Of a stretch of 64,000 bases of DNA, positions 54,052 to 64,000 are shown in pieces. A model generated the notes under the pieces. The model was not told the DNA's origin. It saw only the letters and a list, made by a program, of their open reading frames with translations, and did not search any database. The position numbers and the translations under genes were made by a program. The DNA comes from an uncultured Thermoplasmata archaeon (GTDB lineage Archaea > Thermoplasmatota > Thermoplasmata > RBG-16-68-12). Every line of letters starts with the position of its first letter. The stretch's first letter is position 1. Location: contig CAVYJM010000011.1 in NCBI GenBank assembly GCA_963768855.1, forward strand, positions 1 through 64,000. Reading direction: 5' to 3'.

Positions 54052-56751
54052 ATGCCCGAGGCTCCGCGCACGATCCAAGATGACGTGCAGCTCATCGAGG
54101 CGATCCTCGGCGAGGTCGTGGAGAGCGAGTCGGGGCCCGAGATGGCCCGCCTGGCCCGGGGCTTCCGCGGGCAGTGTGCGGAGACCCGCCGTCGCGGGGA
54201 CCCCGCCCTCGCGCAGAGCGTCCGCCGGCTCGCGGAGTCCCTGACCCTGGAACAGGCCGGATGCCTGTCCCGCGCCTTCTCGTTCCATTTCCTCCTCCTC
54301 AACTTGGCCGAGGACATTGACCGCGTACGTCGCCTCCGGGAGGCCGAGGCGACCGGAGTGCCCGTTCCCCAGTCGCTCGAGGACACCTTCCGGCGGCTGA
54401 AAGCTCAGGGAATCGACCGCGCGGAGGCGATGCGCCTCCTCGAGGCGATCGACGTCCATGCCGTGTTCACCGCCCATCCCACGGAACCGAAGCGGCGGAC
54501 CCTCCTGGAGCGGCTGCGGCGGATCCAGGCGCTCCTTGACCGCATCGACCGGGAACGGCTACTCCCCGCGGAGGTCGATGCGGTGAGGCTCGAGCTCAAG
54601 CGGGAGGCCATGGGGCTCTGGCACAGCGACGAGCTGCGGTTCCGGCAACCGCGGGTCATCGACGAGATCCGGATGGGACTCTTCTACTTCGATCATGTCG
54701 TGCTGGACATGATCCCGGACTTCTACCGGCGCCTCGCCCGGGCGATCGACCGCGTCTACGGCCCGGCGCGCGGGCGCATCCCTGCGTTCCTCTTCTTCGG
54801 TTCCTGGCGGGGGTCCGACATGGACGGGAACCCGCACGTCACGCCCGCCTCGATGCGGGAGGCCGCCCGCACCCAGCGGTCCTTCCTGTTGAATCGCTAC
54901 ATCGCGAGGTGCCGCGGGCTCATCGACGTCCTCACGGAGAGCGCCCGCTACGTCCCCCCGTCGCCCGCCCTCATGGCGTCCCTCCTCCAGGACCGAAAGG
55001 CCCATCCGCGGACCTGGCGTGAGATTCACCAGGTGAACCGCGAAGAGCACCACCGCGCCAAGATCACCTTCATCGGTCACAAGATCTCGTCCGTCCTGAA
55101 CCGGCCGCGGGACGGATACCGTTCCGCGGACGAACTCCTGGAAGATCTCCGGTTGCTCCAGTCGTCCTTGCGGATGAACGGGGCCCCGGACGAGGCGGAG
55201 GGCCCGCTCGAGGACTTCGTCCGCCAGGTCGAGACCTTCGGATTCCATCTCGCCTCCCTTGATCTCCGTCTCAACTCGAAGGACGTGGCCTCGGCGGTCA
55301 GCCAGATTCTCGCCGCTTCAGGGGAGGCGCGCGCGTACACGCGGCTGCCCGAGGAGAAGAAGGCCCAGCTGCTCACGCGTCTCCTGCAGGCGCGCTACCG
55401 GCCGCGGACGCTGAGGGTCACCGGGGACGGGGCGCGCGTGGTCGAAGCCCTCCGAGCCCTCGGAGAGGTGCAGCGCGACTACGGCGAGCCGATGATGCAC
55501 ACGATCGTCCTGAGCATGGCCCACGACCCGAGCGACGTGCTCGGGCTCCTGCTCCTCGCGAAGATCCTCCGGCTGGTCGACCTCAAGGAAGGCTACAGCC
55601 GGGTCGACATCTCGCCGCTTTTCGAGATGATCGAGGCCCTCGAGCGAAGCGGACACACGATGGGCGCGCTGTACGAGAACCCCGCCTACAAGGCCCATCT
55701 CGGGGCCCGCGGCCTCCGGCAGGAGGTCATGGTGGGGTACAGCGACAGCATGAAGGACGGCGGGATCTTCGCCTCCCGCTGGCGCCTCTTCCGCGCCCAG
55801 CGCGAGCTTGCGTCGGGCAGCGAATCCGCGGGCGTCTCCCTGACGATTTTCCACGGCCGGGGCGGATCGATCAGCCGCGGCGGCGTGCCTGCATTCGAGG
55901 CGATGCACGCACTGCCGTCCGAGGTCGCCACGGGCCGCATGCGGATCACGGAGCAGGGCGAGGTCCTCAGCTCCAAGTACTTCCATTTCCCCGTCGCCCT
56001 CCGCGAGACGGAGCAGTTGATCGGCGGCCTCCTGGTGGCGATGGCCTCGAAACACGAGGTGCCTGACCCCACATGGATGGACGCGATGGACCGCATGGCG
56101 GACGTGGGACAGGCGGCGTACCGCGGACTTGTCTACGGGGACCCGGGCCTCGCGGCGTACTTCGAGCACGCGACGCCGATCCACGAGATCGCCGAGCTCA
56201 ACATCAGTTCGCGGCCCTCGAGCCGGAAGGGCACGCTGCGGATCGAGGATTTGCGCGCGATCCCCTGGGTCTTCGCCTGGATGCAGAACCGACACATCCT
56301 GCCCGGGTGGTACTCGATCGGTTCCGCGCTCGCGTCCGTGGAGGACGTGGGCTTGCTGGCGCGCATGCACCGCGAATGGCCCTTCTTCGCGGGGATGCTC
56401 GACGCCGGGCAGATGGTCCTCGGGAAGGCCGACATGACCCTTGCGAGCCGGTACGCGGACCTCGTGCCCGATCCGGCCGTTCGAACGCGCATCTTCGGAA
56501 AGATCCTCCAGGAGCACGGGCTCAGCTTGCAGAAGATCATGGAGATTGCGAAGGTGCGCGAGGTCCTTGAGGCGGATCCGGTCCTCAAGGCCGCGGTCGC
56601 GCGGCGCGACCCCTATCTCGACCCGCTCAACTACATCCAGGCGGAGCTGCTCGACCGGAAGCGGCGCGAGGGCCGAAAGGATCCGGAACTCCTGCGTGCG
56701 ATCCTGCTCACGGTGAACGGGATCTCCCACGGGCTGCGGAACACCGGGTGA
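54052..56751 (+). CDS. ppc: Bacterial-type phosphoenolpyruvate carboxylase (899 aa)
   Basis: VFTAHPTE, GYSDSMKDGG, FHGRGGSISRGG, TEQGE, LRAIPWVF, C-terminal RNTG. Confidence 0.95.
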   Translation: MPEAPRTIQDDVQLIEAILGEVVESESGPEMARLARGFRGQCAETRRRGDPALAQSVRRLAESLTLEQAGCLSRAFSFHFLLLNLAEDIDRVRRLREAEATGVPVPQSLEDTFRRLKAQGIDRAEAMRLLEAIDVHAVFTAHPTEPKRRTLLERLRRIQALLDRIDRERLLPAEVDAVRLELKREAMGLWHSDELRFRQPRVIDEIRMGLFYFDHVVLDMIPDFYRRLARAIDRVYGPARGRIPAFLFFGSWRGSDMDGNPHVTPASMREAARTQRSFLLNRYIARCRGLIDVLTESARYVPPSPALMASLLQDRKAHPRTWREIHQVNREEHHRAKITFIGHKISSVLNRPRDGYRSADELLEDLRLLQSSLRMNGAPDEAEGPLEDFVRQVETFGFHLASLDLRLNSKDVASAVSQILAASGEARAYTRLPEEKKAQLLTRLLQARYRPRTLRVTGDGARVVEALRALGEVQRDYGEPMMHTIVLSMAHDPSDVLGLLLLAKILRLVDLKEGYSRVDISPLFEMIEALERSGHTMGALYENPAYKAHLGARGLRQEVMVGYSDSMKDGGIFASRWRLFRAQRELASGSESAGVSLTIFHGRGGSISRGGVPAFEAMHALPSEVATGRMRITEQGEVLSSKYFHFPVALRETEQLIGGLLVAMASKHEVPDPTWMDAMDRMADVGQAAYRGLVYGDPGLAAYFEHATPIHEIAELNISSRPSSRKGTLRIEDLRAIPWVFAWMQNRHILPGWYSIGSALASVEDVGLLARMHREWPFFAGMLDAGQMVLGKADMTLASRYADLVPDPAVRTRIFGKILQEHGLSLQKIMEIAKVREVLEADPVLKAAVARRDPYLDPLNYIQAELLDRKRREGRKDPELLRAILLTVNGISHGLRNTG

Positions 56752-56754
56752 CCG

Positions 56755-57684
56755 TCACTCGTGGGCTTGGAGCCATCTCTCGACGTCGAGGGCGGCCATG
56801 CATCCGAAGCCCGCGGCCGTCACGGCCTGGCGGTAGCGATGATCGTGCACGTCGCCTGCGGCGAACACACCGTCCACGTTCGTGGCGGTCTGGAAGCCCT
56901 CGCGGGGCTGCAGGACGATGTAGCCCTTCTCCAGCTGAAGCTGCTCCCTGAAGACCTCGGTGGCGGGCGCATGGCCGATCGCGAGGAACAGTCCCTGGGC
57001 CTTGAGGTCCGTCGTGGCACCCGTCTTCACGTTCTTGACCCGAACACCTTCGACCTTCGTCTCGCCGAGGACGTCGACGACCTCGGAATCCCAGTCCACC
57101 TTGACGTTCGGCGTCTTGAGCAGCCGCTCCTGCATGATCTTGCTCGCGCGGAACTCGTGCCGGCGATGGACCACGGTCACGGTCTTGCAGAGCTTGGAAA
57201 GGTAGAGCGCTTCTTCCATGGCGGTGTCCCCGCCTCCCACGACGACCACGTCGAGCTGCTTGAAGAAGAAGCCATCACACGTCGCACACGCGGACACGCC
57301 GCGTCCCTTGAGGCGCTCTTCGTTCGGGAGGTTCAGGTACTTGGCGTTCGCACCCGTGGAGATGATGATCGCTTTCCCCTCATATTCCTGGTCCGCGACC
57401 CAGACACGGAACGGCTGCGACCGGAAGTCCACCTTCGTGACGTTGTCATCGACGAAGTCCGCCTTGAAGCGTTCCGCCTGTTTCCGCCAGAGGTCCATGA
57501 GCTCGGGGCCGAGCACGCCGTTCGGGAAGCCGGGGTAGTTCTCGACCTCGGAGGTGAGCATGAGCTGCCCCCCCGCCACCTGGCCCGCGATGACGAGCGT
57601 CTTCAGGTTCGCGCGGGTGGCATAGATGGCCGCGGTGAGTCCGGAAGGGCCCGAGCCGATGATGATCACGTCGTAGGGTGACAT
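56755..57684 (-). CDS. trxB: Thioredoxin reductase
   Basis: IIIGSGPSG, SACATCDG, VVGGGDTA, FAAGD. Confidence 0.95.
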   Translation of the reverse strand: MSPYDVIIIGSGPSGLTAAIYATRANLKTLVIAGQVAGGQLMLTSEVENYPGFPNGVLGPELMDLWRKQAERFKADFVDDNVTKVDFRSQPFRVWVADQEYEGKAIIISTGANAKYLNLPNEERLKGRGVSACATCDGFFFKQLDVVVVGGGDTAMEEALYLSKLCKTVTVVHRRHEFRASKIMQERLLKTPNVKVDWDSEVVDVLGETKVEGVRVKNVKTGATTDLKAQGLFLAIGHAPATEVFREQLQLEKGYIVLQPREGFQTATNVDGVFAAGDVHDHRYRQAVTAAGFGCMAALDVERWLQAHE

Positions 57685-57783
57685 TCGTTCAAACGAAGGG
57701 GTCGGTGCAGTATAAGCGTTTCTCGAGGGGCTGGCAACGCGGGGCCGCATCGCGCTCTACCTTCATATCGGGGTTCCGACATC

Positions 57784-59013
57784 GTGGGTCCCTTGGCGTC
57801 GGACGATCTCGATCGGCTGCTCGCATTGCTGCCCACGGTGGACCATAAGCATGCGGTCCCACTCTTCGACCAGGTCATCAAGGACCTGGGGGCGGCAGGC
57901 CCGATCCTCCAGGGGCTCGTCTATGCCGCCTCGAACCACGATGATCCGCAGCTCCACACGCCCCACGGTCTCCTGACCATGGTGGCCGGACGCGAGCTCC
58001 TCCGGTTGACCCGTCCTCCCGGCGGCCTGGGCCTGCTGCGTTTCCTCGTCCTCTACAACTTCACGCTCCAGAGACGCGCCTTCGACGGGGCCGTTGGTCA
58101 GGCGATGATTCGCACCGTACCCGCCGCGGAACTCGATGAGCTCGGGGCGGCGTATCGGAAGGCGGTTCGCGGAGGCCTGGGCGACCAGGCAGCGAGCCTC
58201 CTCGGCCGGATTGCCACGGACTACGGCCTGGAATCGGCGGGCCATCTCGCGATCCGGTGTGCCCTTGGCGACGTGGGCCGCCTGGGGCACAACCTCGTCA
58301 TCGCGTCGGCGTATGTGCAGGCCGCCGAGATCGTGGGCGGGACGAGGGGACTGGTCCCCTTGATGAACCTCGGCCGGCTGCAAGCCTTCGCCCTGCAAGG
58401 AAGTCTTGGGCCCTTGATCCCAGAGCGGAGCGAATCGGACGCCCCTGCGGACGTCGAGGCCCTGGGAAAACTCGTCGAGGATGGCGCCTTCGATCAAGTC
58501 GAGGACGTGCTGGGAGCCCTCGCCTTCGCCGGGCAGGCGGATGAGGCGTACCGTCCGCTCTTGATCGCCGCGAGCGCCGATCCCGGGTTCCTCGGCCACT
58601 CCCTGAGTCTCGCGAACGCGGCTCGCGTGTCCTCTCGGTACCTCACCCCGTCCGAGAACGCCTGGCTCTCCTGGAAGCTCTATCGCACGCTCACGACGCG
58701 GTTCGGATACCCGGAGTTCCTCGCCCTCGGGAAGGGGGAATCCCTGGACCGCGAAGCGCTCCTTCCTGCCCTCGAGTCGAGCCTGCGATACCGGTCCCCT
58801 CCCGCCGAGCGCACGCTCCGTCAGGCGCTCGAGAACGACGTGCCGCTCGACGAGCTGCTCGCCACCGTCGTGAACTTCTACGGGAACTGGACGGTCGGCG
58901 AGAAGGAGCACACGATCAGCTACCTGAACGCCGCGCTGCAGACCGCGAAGTTCCTCGGGCGGGAGCAGGCGCTCCTGCCGCTGACGATCGCGCTCGGCAA
59001 GTTGCCGTTCTGA
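57784..59013 (+). CDS. Hypothetical helical protein with repeated His motifs
   Basis: 409 aa; HTPHG, GHNLV, GHSLS, EHTIS. Confidence 0.75.
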   Translation: MGPLASDDLDRLLALLPTVDHKHAVPLFDQVIKDLGAAGPILQGLVYAASNHDDPQLHTPHGLLTMVAGRELLRLTRPPGGLGLLRFLVLYNFTLQRRAFDGAVGQAMIRTVPAAELDELGAAYRKAVRGGLGDQAASLLGRIATDYGLESAGHLAIRCALGDVGRLGHNLVIASAYVQAAEIVGGTRGLVPLMNLGRLQAFALQGSLGPLIPERSESDAPADVEALGKLVEDGAFDQVEDVLGALAFAGQADEAYRPLLIAASADPGFLGHSLSLANAARVSSRYLTPSENAWLSWKLYRTLTTRFGYPEFLALGKGESLDREALLPALESSLRYRSPPAERTLRQALENDVPLDELLATVVNFYGNWTVGEKEHTISYLNAALQTAKFLGREQALLPLTIALGKLPF

Positions 59014-59023
59014 CCGCGGACCT

Positions 59024-60328
59024 TCAGCGCCGCTTCGCGAGCTCCTCCGTTTTCGCCTTCTCGTGGAACTGCTCCGTCTCCGTCGAGCCTTCCATGGCGA
59101 GAGTCGAGGCGGTCCCGCCGCTCAGGACCGTGGCAATCTCGTCGAAGTAGCCGGTGCCCACGAAGGCCTGGTGCTCGACCGCCGCATAGCCTTCCTCCTT
59201 CGCGGCGAACTCCTCCTGCTGGAGCTCCGTGTAGGCGGTCATCCCCGTCTCGCGGTAGTCCCGCGCCAGGCGGAACATGGAGAGGTTCATGGAGTGGAAC
59301 CCGGCCAACGTGACGAACTGGAACCGGTAGCCCATGTCCGCGAGCTCTTCCTGGAACCGCGCGATCTGCACGCCATCGAGTTTCTTCCTCCAGTTGAACG
59401 ACGCGGAGCAGTTGTACGCCAGCATCTTGTCGGGGAACTTCGCGTGGAGCGCGTCCGCGAAGGTCCGAGCCTCATCGAGGTCCGGGCTGGCGGTCTCGCA
59501 CCAGACGAGGTCCGCGTAGGGGGCGTAGCTCAGACCACGGGCGATCGCGGCGTCCAACCCCCCGTTCAACGTATGGAAGCCCTCGGAGGTCCGCTCGCTC
59601 CCGATGAACTCCCGGTCTCGCGGATCGACGTCGCTTGTGATCAGCTTGGCGCTGTTCGCGTCGGTCCGTGCGATCAGGATGGACGGGACGCCCTCGATGT
59701 CCGCCGCCAGTCGCGCGGCAACGAGTTTCTGGACGAACTCCCGCGTCGGGACCAGGACCTTGCCACCCAGGTGGCCGCACTTCTTCGCGCTCGCGAGCTG
59801 ATCCTCGAAGTGCGCGGCTGCGGCCCCCGCGTCGATGAGGGCTTTCATGAGCTCGAAGGCGTTGAGCGGCCCTCCGAAACCCGCCTCGGCGTCCGCGATG
59901 ATCGGGGCGAACCAGTCCACGTCCCGGCGGCGCGCCATATGTTGCTTTTGGTCCTCGCGACGGAAGGCGTTGTTCAGCCTTCGTACGACGTTCGGGACGG
60001 AATCCGCCGGGTAGAGGCTCTGGTCCGGGTACGTCTGGCCGGCGTCGTTCGCGTCCGCTGCGACCTGCCAGCCGCTGAGGTAGATGGCCTTGAGGCCGGC
60101 CTGGACCTGTTGGACCGCCTGGCCTCCCGTCATCGCGCCGAGTGCCGCGACGAACGGCTCGTTACGGAGGAGGTGCCAGAGGCGTTCGGATCCGTGATGC
60201 GCGAGCGTGTGGGCGACCGGGAGCGATCCGCGAAGGCGGAGAACGTCCTCTGCCCGGTACGGCCGCAGGATGCCGGCCCAGCGTTCGTTGGTTTTCCAGC
60301 TCTGTTCCAACTCGCGTGCGTCAGTCAT
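59024..60328 (-). CDS. aceA: Isocitrate lyase
   Basis: [38 protein letters not shown]. Confidence 0.96.
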   Translation of the reverse strand: MTDARELEQSWKTNERWAGILRPYRAEDVLRLRGSLPVAHTLAHHGSERLWHLLRNEPFVAALGAMTGGQAVQQVQAGLKAIYLSGWQVAADANDAGQTYPDQSLYPADSVPNVVRRLNNAFRREDQKQHMARRRDVDWFAPIIADAEAGFGGPLNAFELMKALIDAGAAAAHFEDQLASAKKCGHLGGKVLVPTREFVQKLVAARLAADIEGVPSILIARTDANSAKLITSDVDPRDREFIGSERTSEGFHTLNGGLDAAIARGLSYAPYADLVWCETASPDLDEARTFADALHAKFPDKMLAYNCSASFNWRKKLDGVQIARFQEELADMGYRFQFVTLAGFHSMNLSMFRLARDYRETGMTAYTELQQEEFAAKEEGYAAVEHQAFVGTGYFDEIATVLSGGTASTLAMEGSTETEQFHEKAKTEELAKRR

Positions 60329-60688
60329 CTACGTCTCCTCCTTCTCGTATCGTCTCTCCCACGGAGACCTCCGGTTCGCCGACGTCGTCCCGAACCGAAC
60401 GACCCGACCGGCGAGAGTTCTCCATGTTCACACCTATCGACCCGCCCCCCGGAAAACGCGAGGGGAGGGTCATCCGGCAAGCACCACCGAGGCCCCGTTG
60501 CACGACGCAGAAACGAGTCCCGCCACTGCGGGAGGGTTGGACCTCGGCATGTTGTCGCGGATTGGATAGTTTCGGCTTACTTAAACATTGGTGGAAATGT
60601 GTAGCACGGTAAACGGTAGACGTGCCTGGTTGGGTTCTTGGCGAAACGTCGGAGGCTTCATGTCTCGCGGGCGCTTGGGGCTAGCACA

Positions 60689-61081
60689 ATGCGAAGCGAG
60701 GCGCCGTACACGCTGCTCTTTGACGGCGAGTGTCGTATCTGTGCGGCCTTCGCACGCATGGTGCGTCTTGTCGACCTCCGCCGAGGCCTGCAGGTCTGCT
60801 CGATCCAAGATTCGGGAAGACTCCTCGCCGCGGTACCTGCGGAAAAGAGGCTCGGCGCAGCCCACGCGGTGGGGCCGGATGGGCACGTGACCTCGGGCGC
60901 GGAGGCGATGCCCGCCATCGTGGCCGCGCTTACGGCGGGCCCCCGCTTCGAAGCTCGCCTGCGCTCCTCCCGGACCTCGATGGTCGCGCTGGACCACATC
61001 TACCGTCTCATGACCGAGATGAGGGGCCGGCTGAGCTGCGCGAGCGGCGTCGCGCCTTCGGCGGAACGTATCCCTCGATGA
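60689..61081 (+). CDS. DCC family thiol-disulfide oxidoreductase-like protein
   Basis: LLFDGECRIC motif. Confidence 0.85.
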   Translation: MRSEAPYTLLFDGECRICAAFARMVRLVDLRRGLQVCSIQDSGRLLAAVPAEKRLGAAHAVGPDGHVTSGAEAMPAIVAALTAGPRFEARLRSSRTSMVALDHIYRLMTEMRGRLSCASGVAPSAERIPR

Positions 61082-61913
61082 GCGAGCGGAGCATCCTCAG
61101 GTTGCGGCGATATCCGGCGTCATCCCCAGGATATTCCAGGCACCCGGGTAGCTGCGCGAATCGCGGATCGTTGACCAGGGGGCGGAAGCCTTCGAGGCCG
61201 ATCTTTCCTCGCCCGATGTTCTCGTGGCGGTCCGCGTGCGAGTTGAGGTCGCCCTTGGAGTCGTTCAGGTGGAATGCCCGGACCCGGGATAGCCCCACGG
61301 TTCCGTCGAGGGACCGGATTAGGTCCGCATAGCCCTCCGGAGTGCGGAAGTCGTAGCCCGCGGCGAACGCGTGGCAGGTGTCCACGCACGCGCCGAGGCG
61401 GTCCCCACGGGACGCCGTCTGGATGATGTCCGCGATCTGCTCGAACCTCGCGCCCACGGTGCTCCCGCCCCCGGCCGTGTTCTCCAGGACTGCGAAAACA
61501 TCCGGCGCCGCGGCATGGTCAAGGCACCAATCGAGGCTTTCCGCGATGGTCTTGATGCCAAACGCCTCGCCTTTGCCCAGGTGAGCCCCTGGATGGAAGA
61601 TCACATCCCGCACGCCGAGCTGCTGGGCTCGGTCCAGCTCCTCGACGAACGCCGCGCGAGAGAGCTTGACCATGGACTTCTTCGGGGAGCCGAGGTTGAT
61701 CAGGTAGTTCGCGTGGATCACGGCGCGTGCGATGCGGTGAGCGGCCAAGTTCTCCTTGAACGCCGCGGTCTCCTCCACCGCGAGCGGTTTCGTATTGCGG
61801 AGCATCCTCGGGCTTCGGGAGAAGATCTGGATCGCCTCGCAGCCCACGGCTTCGCCGCGCTCCGGCGCGAGGGCGATGCTCTCTGCGATGGATATGTGAG
61901 CCCCGAGGTACAT
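61008..61913 (-). CDS. nfo: Endonuclease IV (AP endonuclease)
   Basis: GAHIS, HANYLINL, FHPG, LENTAG, DTCH, HLNDS, DRHENIG. Confidence 0.95.
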   Translation of the reverse strand: MYLGAHISIAESIALAPERGEAVGCEAIQIFSRSPRMLRNTKPLAVEETAAFKENLAAHRIARAVIHANYLINLGSPKKSMVKLSRAAFVEELDRAQQLGVRDVIFHPGAHLGKGEAFGIKTIAESLDWCLDHAAAPDVFAVLENTAGGGSTVGARFEQIADIIQTASRGDRLGACVDTCHAFAAGYDFRTPEGYADLIRSLDGTVGLSRVRAFHLNDSKGDLNSHADRHENIGRGKIGLEGFRPLVNDPRFAQLPGCLEYPGDDAGYRRNLRMLRSLIEGYVPPKARRRSRSSAGPSSRS

Positions 61914-62192
61914 CCGCTGCCGTCCGTCGCGGGGTAGCTCCTGGGACCCCATGAGCTTTGCCGATTGGGGTCCGATTGGGGCCAACCGTATTCAAGACCG
62001 GCCGCGCTCCTTCGATGCGAGGGTCGCAGGATGGCCGGAGACGGCGAGGTCGAATCGCGTTTTACGGGAATGATCTTCCTCCTTCGACGGGTTTTCCCCG
62101 AAGCCCCGGATGGCCGCCTGCGATCCCCACCCCGCCCGGACATGGGCTACATGCAGCGACGCCCCCGGAGGGCGTGAGCAAGGCGACGGGCG

Positions 62193-62966
62193 TCACTCGA
62201 TACGCGCGCGCTCGTGGGCCAGGCGCCGCGCCTTGACGACCAGGTACGACTGGGTCAGGTGCTTCTCGCCGCGGGTGAAGGAATCGGACAATTCCTCCCA
62301 GCGCCCGTCCTCCACCCACTTCCGGACGGTTTCGTCGCGGAGGAAGAGTTCGACCTCCCGCAGCTGCTCGAACTCGGCGATGATCGTGTCCACGCCCACG
62401 AACTCGATCTCGAGCTGATTCTCCTCGAGGAGGTCCTCCATCGTGTCTTCGTAGAACGCCCAGCGCGACCCGCGGCGCGTTTCCTTCCAGTGGTCCCCGT
62501 GGTGACAGCAGAAGATGAACTTCCCCCCTGGGCGGAGGCTGTGCGCCGAATGCCACACGATGCCGGGGGACATGCATAGGTTGCTGATCACGAAGTCGAA
62601 GGGCTCAGAGGAGAACTCGTGGTAGGCGGTCTTCTCCACGTCGCCCCAGACGAAGTCGACATGGCGGATGTCCTTGACGCCGGCGTAGGCGCGGCCCTGC
62701 TGGAGCTTCATCCGGTCCAGGTCGACGCCGATCACGTGACCGCCGACCGCCGCCGCGACGAAGGCCAGGCGTCCCTCTCCCGTTCCCACGTCGAGGACGG
62801 AGCGTCCGCGGAAGTCCTCGTGCCGGAACTGGTCCAGGAGCATCGGACGGAGCTCGAAGGCATGCCGTGCGGCATCCCGCCAGAGCAGGTGGCGTGTCTG
62901 GCGGATCACGTCGACCATCCGGACTTCTCCATCGGTCCGGATGCGGGCATCGGGATAAGAGGCCAT
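62193..62966 (-). CDS. Class I SAM-dependent methyltransferase
   Basis: VLDVGTGEG, FDFVISN, LRPGG. Confidence 0.9.
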   Translation of the reverse strand: MASYPDARIRTDGEVRMVDVIRQTRHLLWRDAARHAFELRPMLLDQFRHEDFRGRSVLDVGTGEGRLAFVAAAVGGHVIGVDLDRMKLQQGRAYAGVKDIRHVDFVWGDVEKTAYHEFSSEPFDFVISNLCMSPGIVWHSAHSLRPGGKFIFCCHHGDHWKETRRGSRWAFYEDTMEDLLEENQLEIEFVGVDTIIAEFEQLREVELFLRDETVRKWVEDGRWEELSDSFTRGEKHLTQSYLVVKARRLAHERARIE

Positions 62967-63030
62967 CGGTGCGGCCCCGGAACGCCACACGCTTATAGAG
63001 AGCCGCCACCTTGGCGAGCCGGGATTCACG

Positions 63031-64000
63031 ATGGAACCGCAGGAGATCCGGCTCTTCATCGGTGGCAAATCCGTGCCTGCGTCCTCCGGCGGGAGTATGG
63101 ACGTCATCGATCCCGCGACGAACCGCGTGGTCGCGCGGGCGGCCTCGGGCACGAAGGAGGATGTCGCGATCGCCGTGGAGTCCGCGAGCGCCGCCTTCGA
63201 GTCGCCGGACTGGAGAGACCTCGACCCGAGCAAGCGGGGCCGGCTCCTCTTCCTCCTGGGTCAGCAGGTCCGGGACCATTTCGAGGACCTCGCGCGCCTC
63301 GAATCGCTGAACGTCGGGAAGCCGCTCAAGGAGGCCCGCGGGGACATCGCGTACGTGTACAAGCTCTTCGAATATTATGCAGGCCTGGCAGATAAAATTC
63401 AGGGGGACACGATCCCCGTGCCCGGCGCTCGCCTCGACTACACCTTGCGTGAACCCCTCGGGGTCACTGCGCACATCGCTCCGTGGAACTATCCGCTGCT
63501 TCTTGCCTGCCGGGGGATCGCGCCCGCCTTGGCCGCGGGCAACACCGTCGTCCTGAAGCCCGCTTCCCTGACCCCCTGGACCGCCGTCCAGATCGCGCAG
63601 TACGCGTCGGCCGCCGGCTTCCCCCCGGGCGTCTTCAATGTCGTGACCGGACCGGGGCGCGAGGTTGGCGGCGCCCTCGCAGGCCATCCGGAGGTCGCGA
63701 GCGTGACCCTGACGGGTTCGACTGAAACCGGGAAGCAGCTCCTCCATGCGGTCGCAGACCGGATCGTGCCCACGACTCTCGAGCTCGGCGGGAAGAACCC
63801 GCAGATCGTCCTGCCCGATGCGAAGCTGGACCGGGCGCTCGCCGGCGTGCACTTCGGCGCGTTCCAGAACGCGGGACAGATGTGCTGGGCCGGGTCGAAG
63901 GTGCTCGTCCACGAAGAGATCGCTGCGTCCCTCCTTGGCAGGCTGAAGGAGCGCATCGCGAAGACCCGTCTCGGCCCCGGACTCGAGGACGGGGTCCAGA
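63031..64000 (+). CDS. Aldehyde dehydrogenase (partial, runs off window)
   Basis: Manual translation: PWNYP, KPAS, TGSTETG, ELGGKNP, NAGQMC. Confidence 0.93.
   Translation, partial: MEPQEIRLFIGGKSVPASSGGSMDVIDPATNRVVARAASGTKEDVAIAVESASAAFESPDWRDLDPSKRGRLLFLLGQQVRDHFEDLARLESLNVGKPLKEARGDIAYVYKLFEYYAGLADKIQGDTIPVPGARLDYTLREPLGVTAHIAPWNYPLLLACRGIAPALAAGNTVVLKPASLTPWTAVQIAQYASAAGFPPGVFNVVTGPGREVGGALAGHPEVASVTLTGSTETGKQLLHAVADRIVPTTLELGGKNPQIVLPDAKLDRALAGVHFGAFQNAGQMCWAGSKVLVHEEIAASLLGRLKERIAKTRLGPGLEDGVQ

Noticed and set aside
61008-61081. 74-bp overlap of the nfo and DCC gene 3' ends
   Set aside because: Convergent tail overlap of low-complexity C-termini; common and uninformative

Overview
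High-GC (roughly two-thirds GC, judged by eye) archaeal chromosome segment. PriL, TFB, aIF1/SUI1, proteasome alpha/beta and a single-OB SSB with a Gly/Arg tail indicate an archaeon; Thermoplasmatota is my inference. Most of the window is housekeeping and metabolic genes. The stand-out feature is an apparently intact ~5.8-kb integrated element (26449-32276) bounded by a perfect 20-bp direct repeat (CCCGCAGTAGAAGCAGAACA). It sits in the zinc-ribbon codons at the 3' end of a membrane-anchored subtilase gene rather than in a tRNA, and it swaps the host C-terminus from FCFYCG-NPFR* to FCFYCG-FSMGSGP*. It encodes a catalytic-domain-only tyrosine integrase with a large insertion, two small plus-strand ORFs (one a C2H2 zinc finger), and a tightly coupled nine-gene minus-strand operon that looks virion-like (basic-arm protein, beta-rich proteins, small membrane proteins, GGT-repeat and tandem-repeat proteins). 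No Rep, polymerase or packaging ATPase is recognisable, so it is a candidate minimal archaeal provirus or satellite. Other oddities: an adjacent proteasome beta/alpha pair lacking the propeptide and the YDR gate, an aIF1 gene with no possible AUG/GUG start, a bacterial-type PEP carboxylase with an Arg/Met swap in its conserved motif, isocitrate lyase, a Rieske-fold protein without His ligands, and several apparent pseudo-enzymes. All family calls come from motif recognition; no database searches were run.
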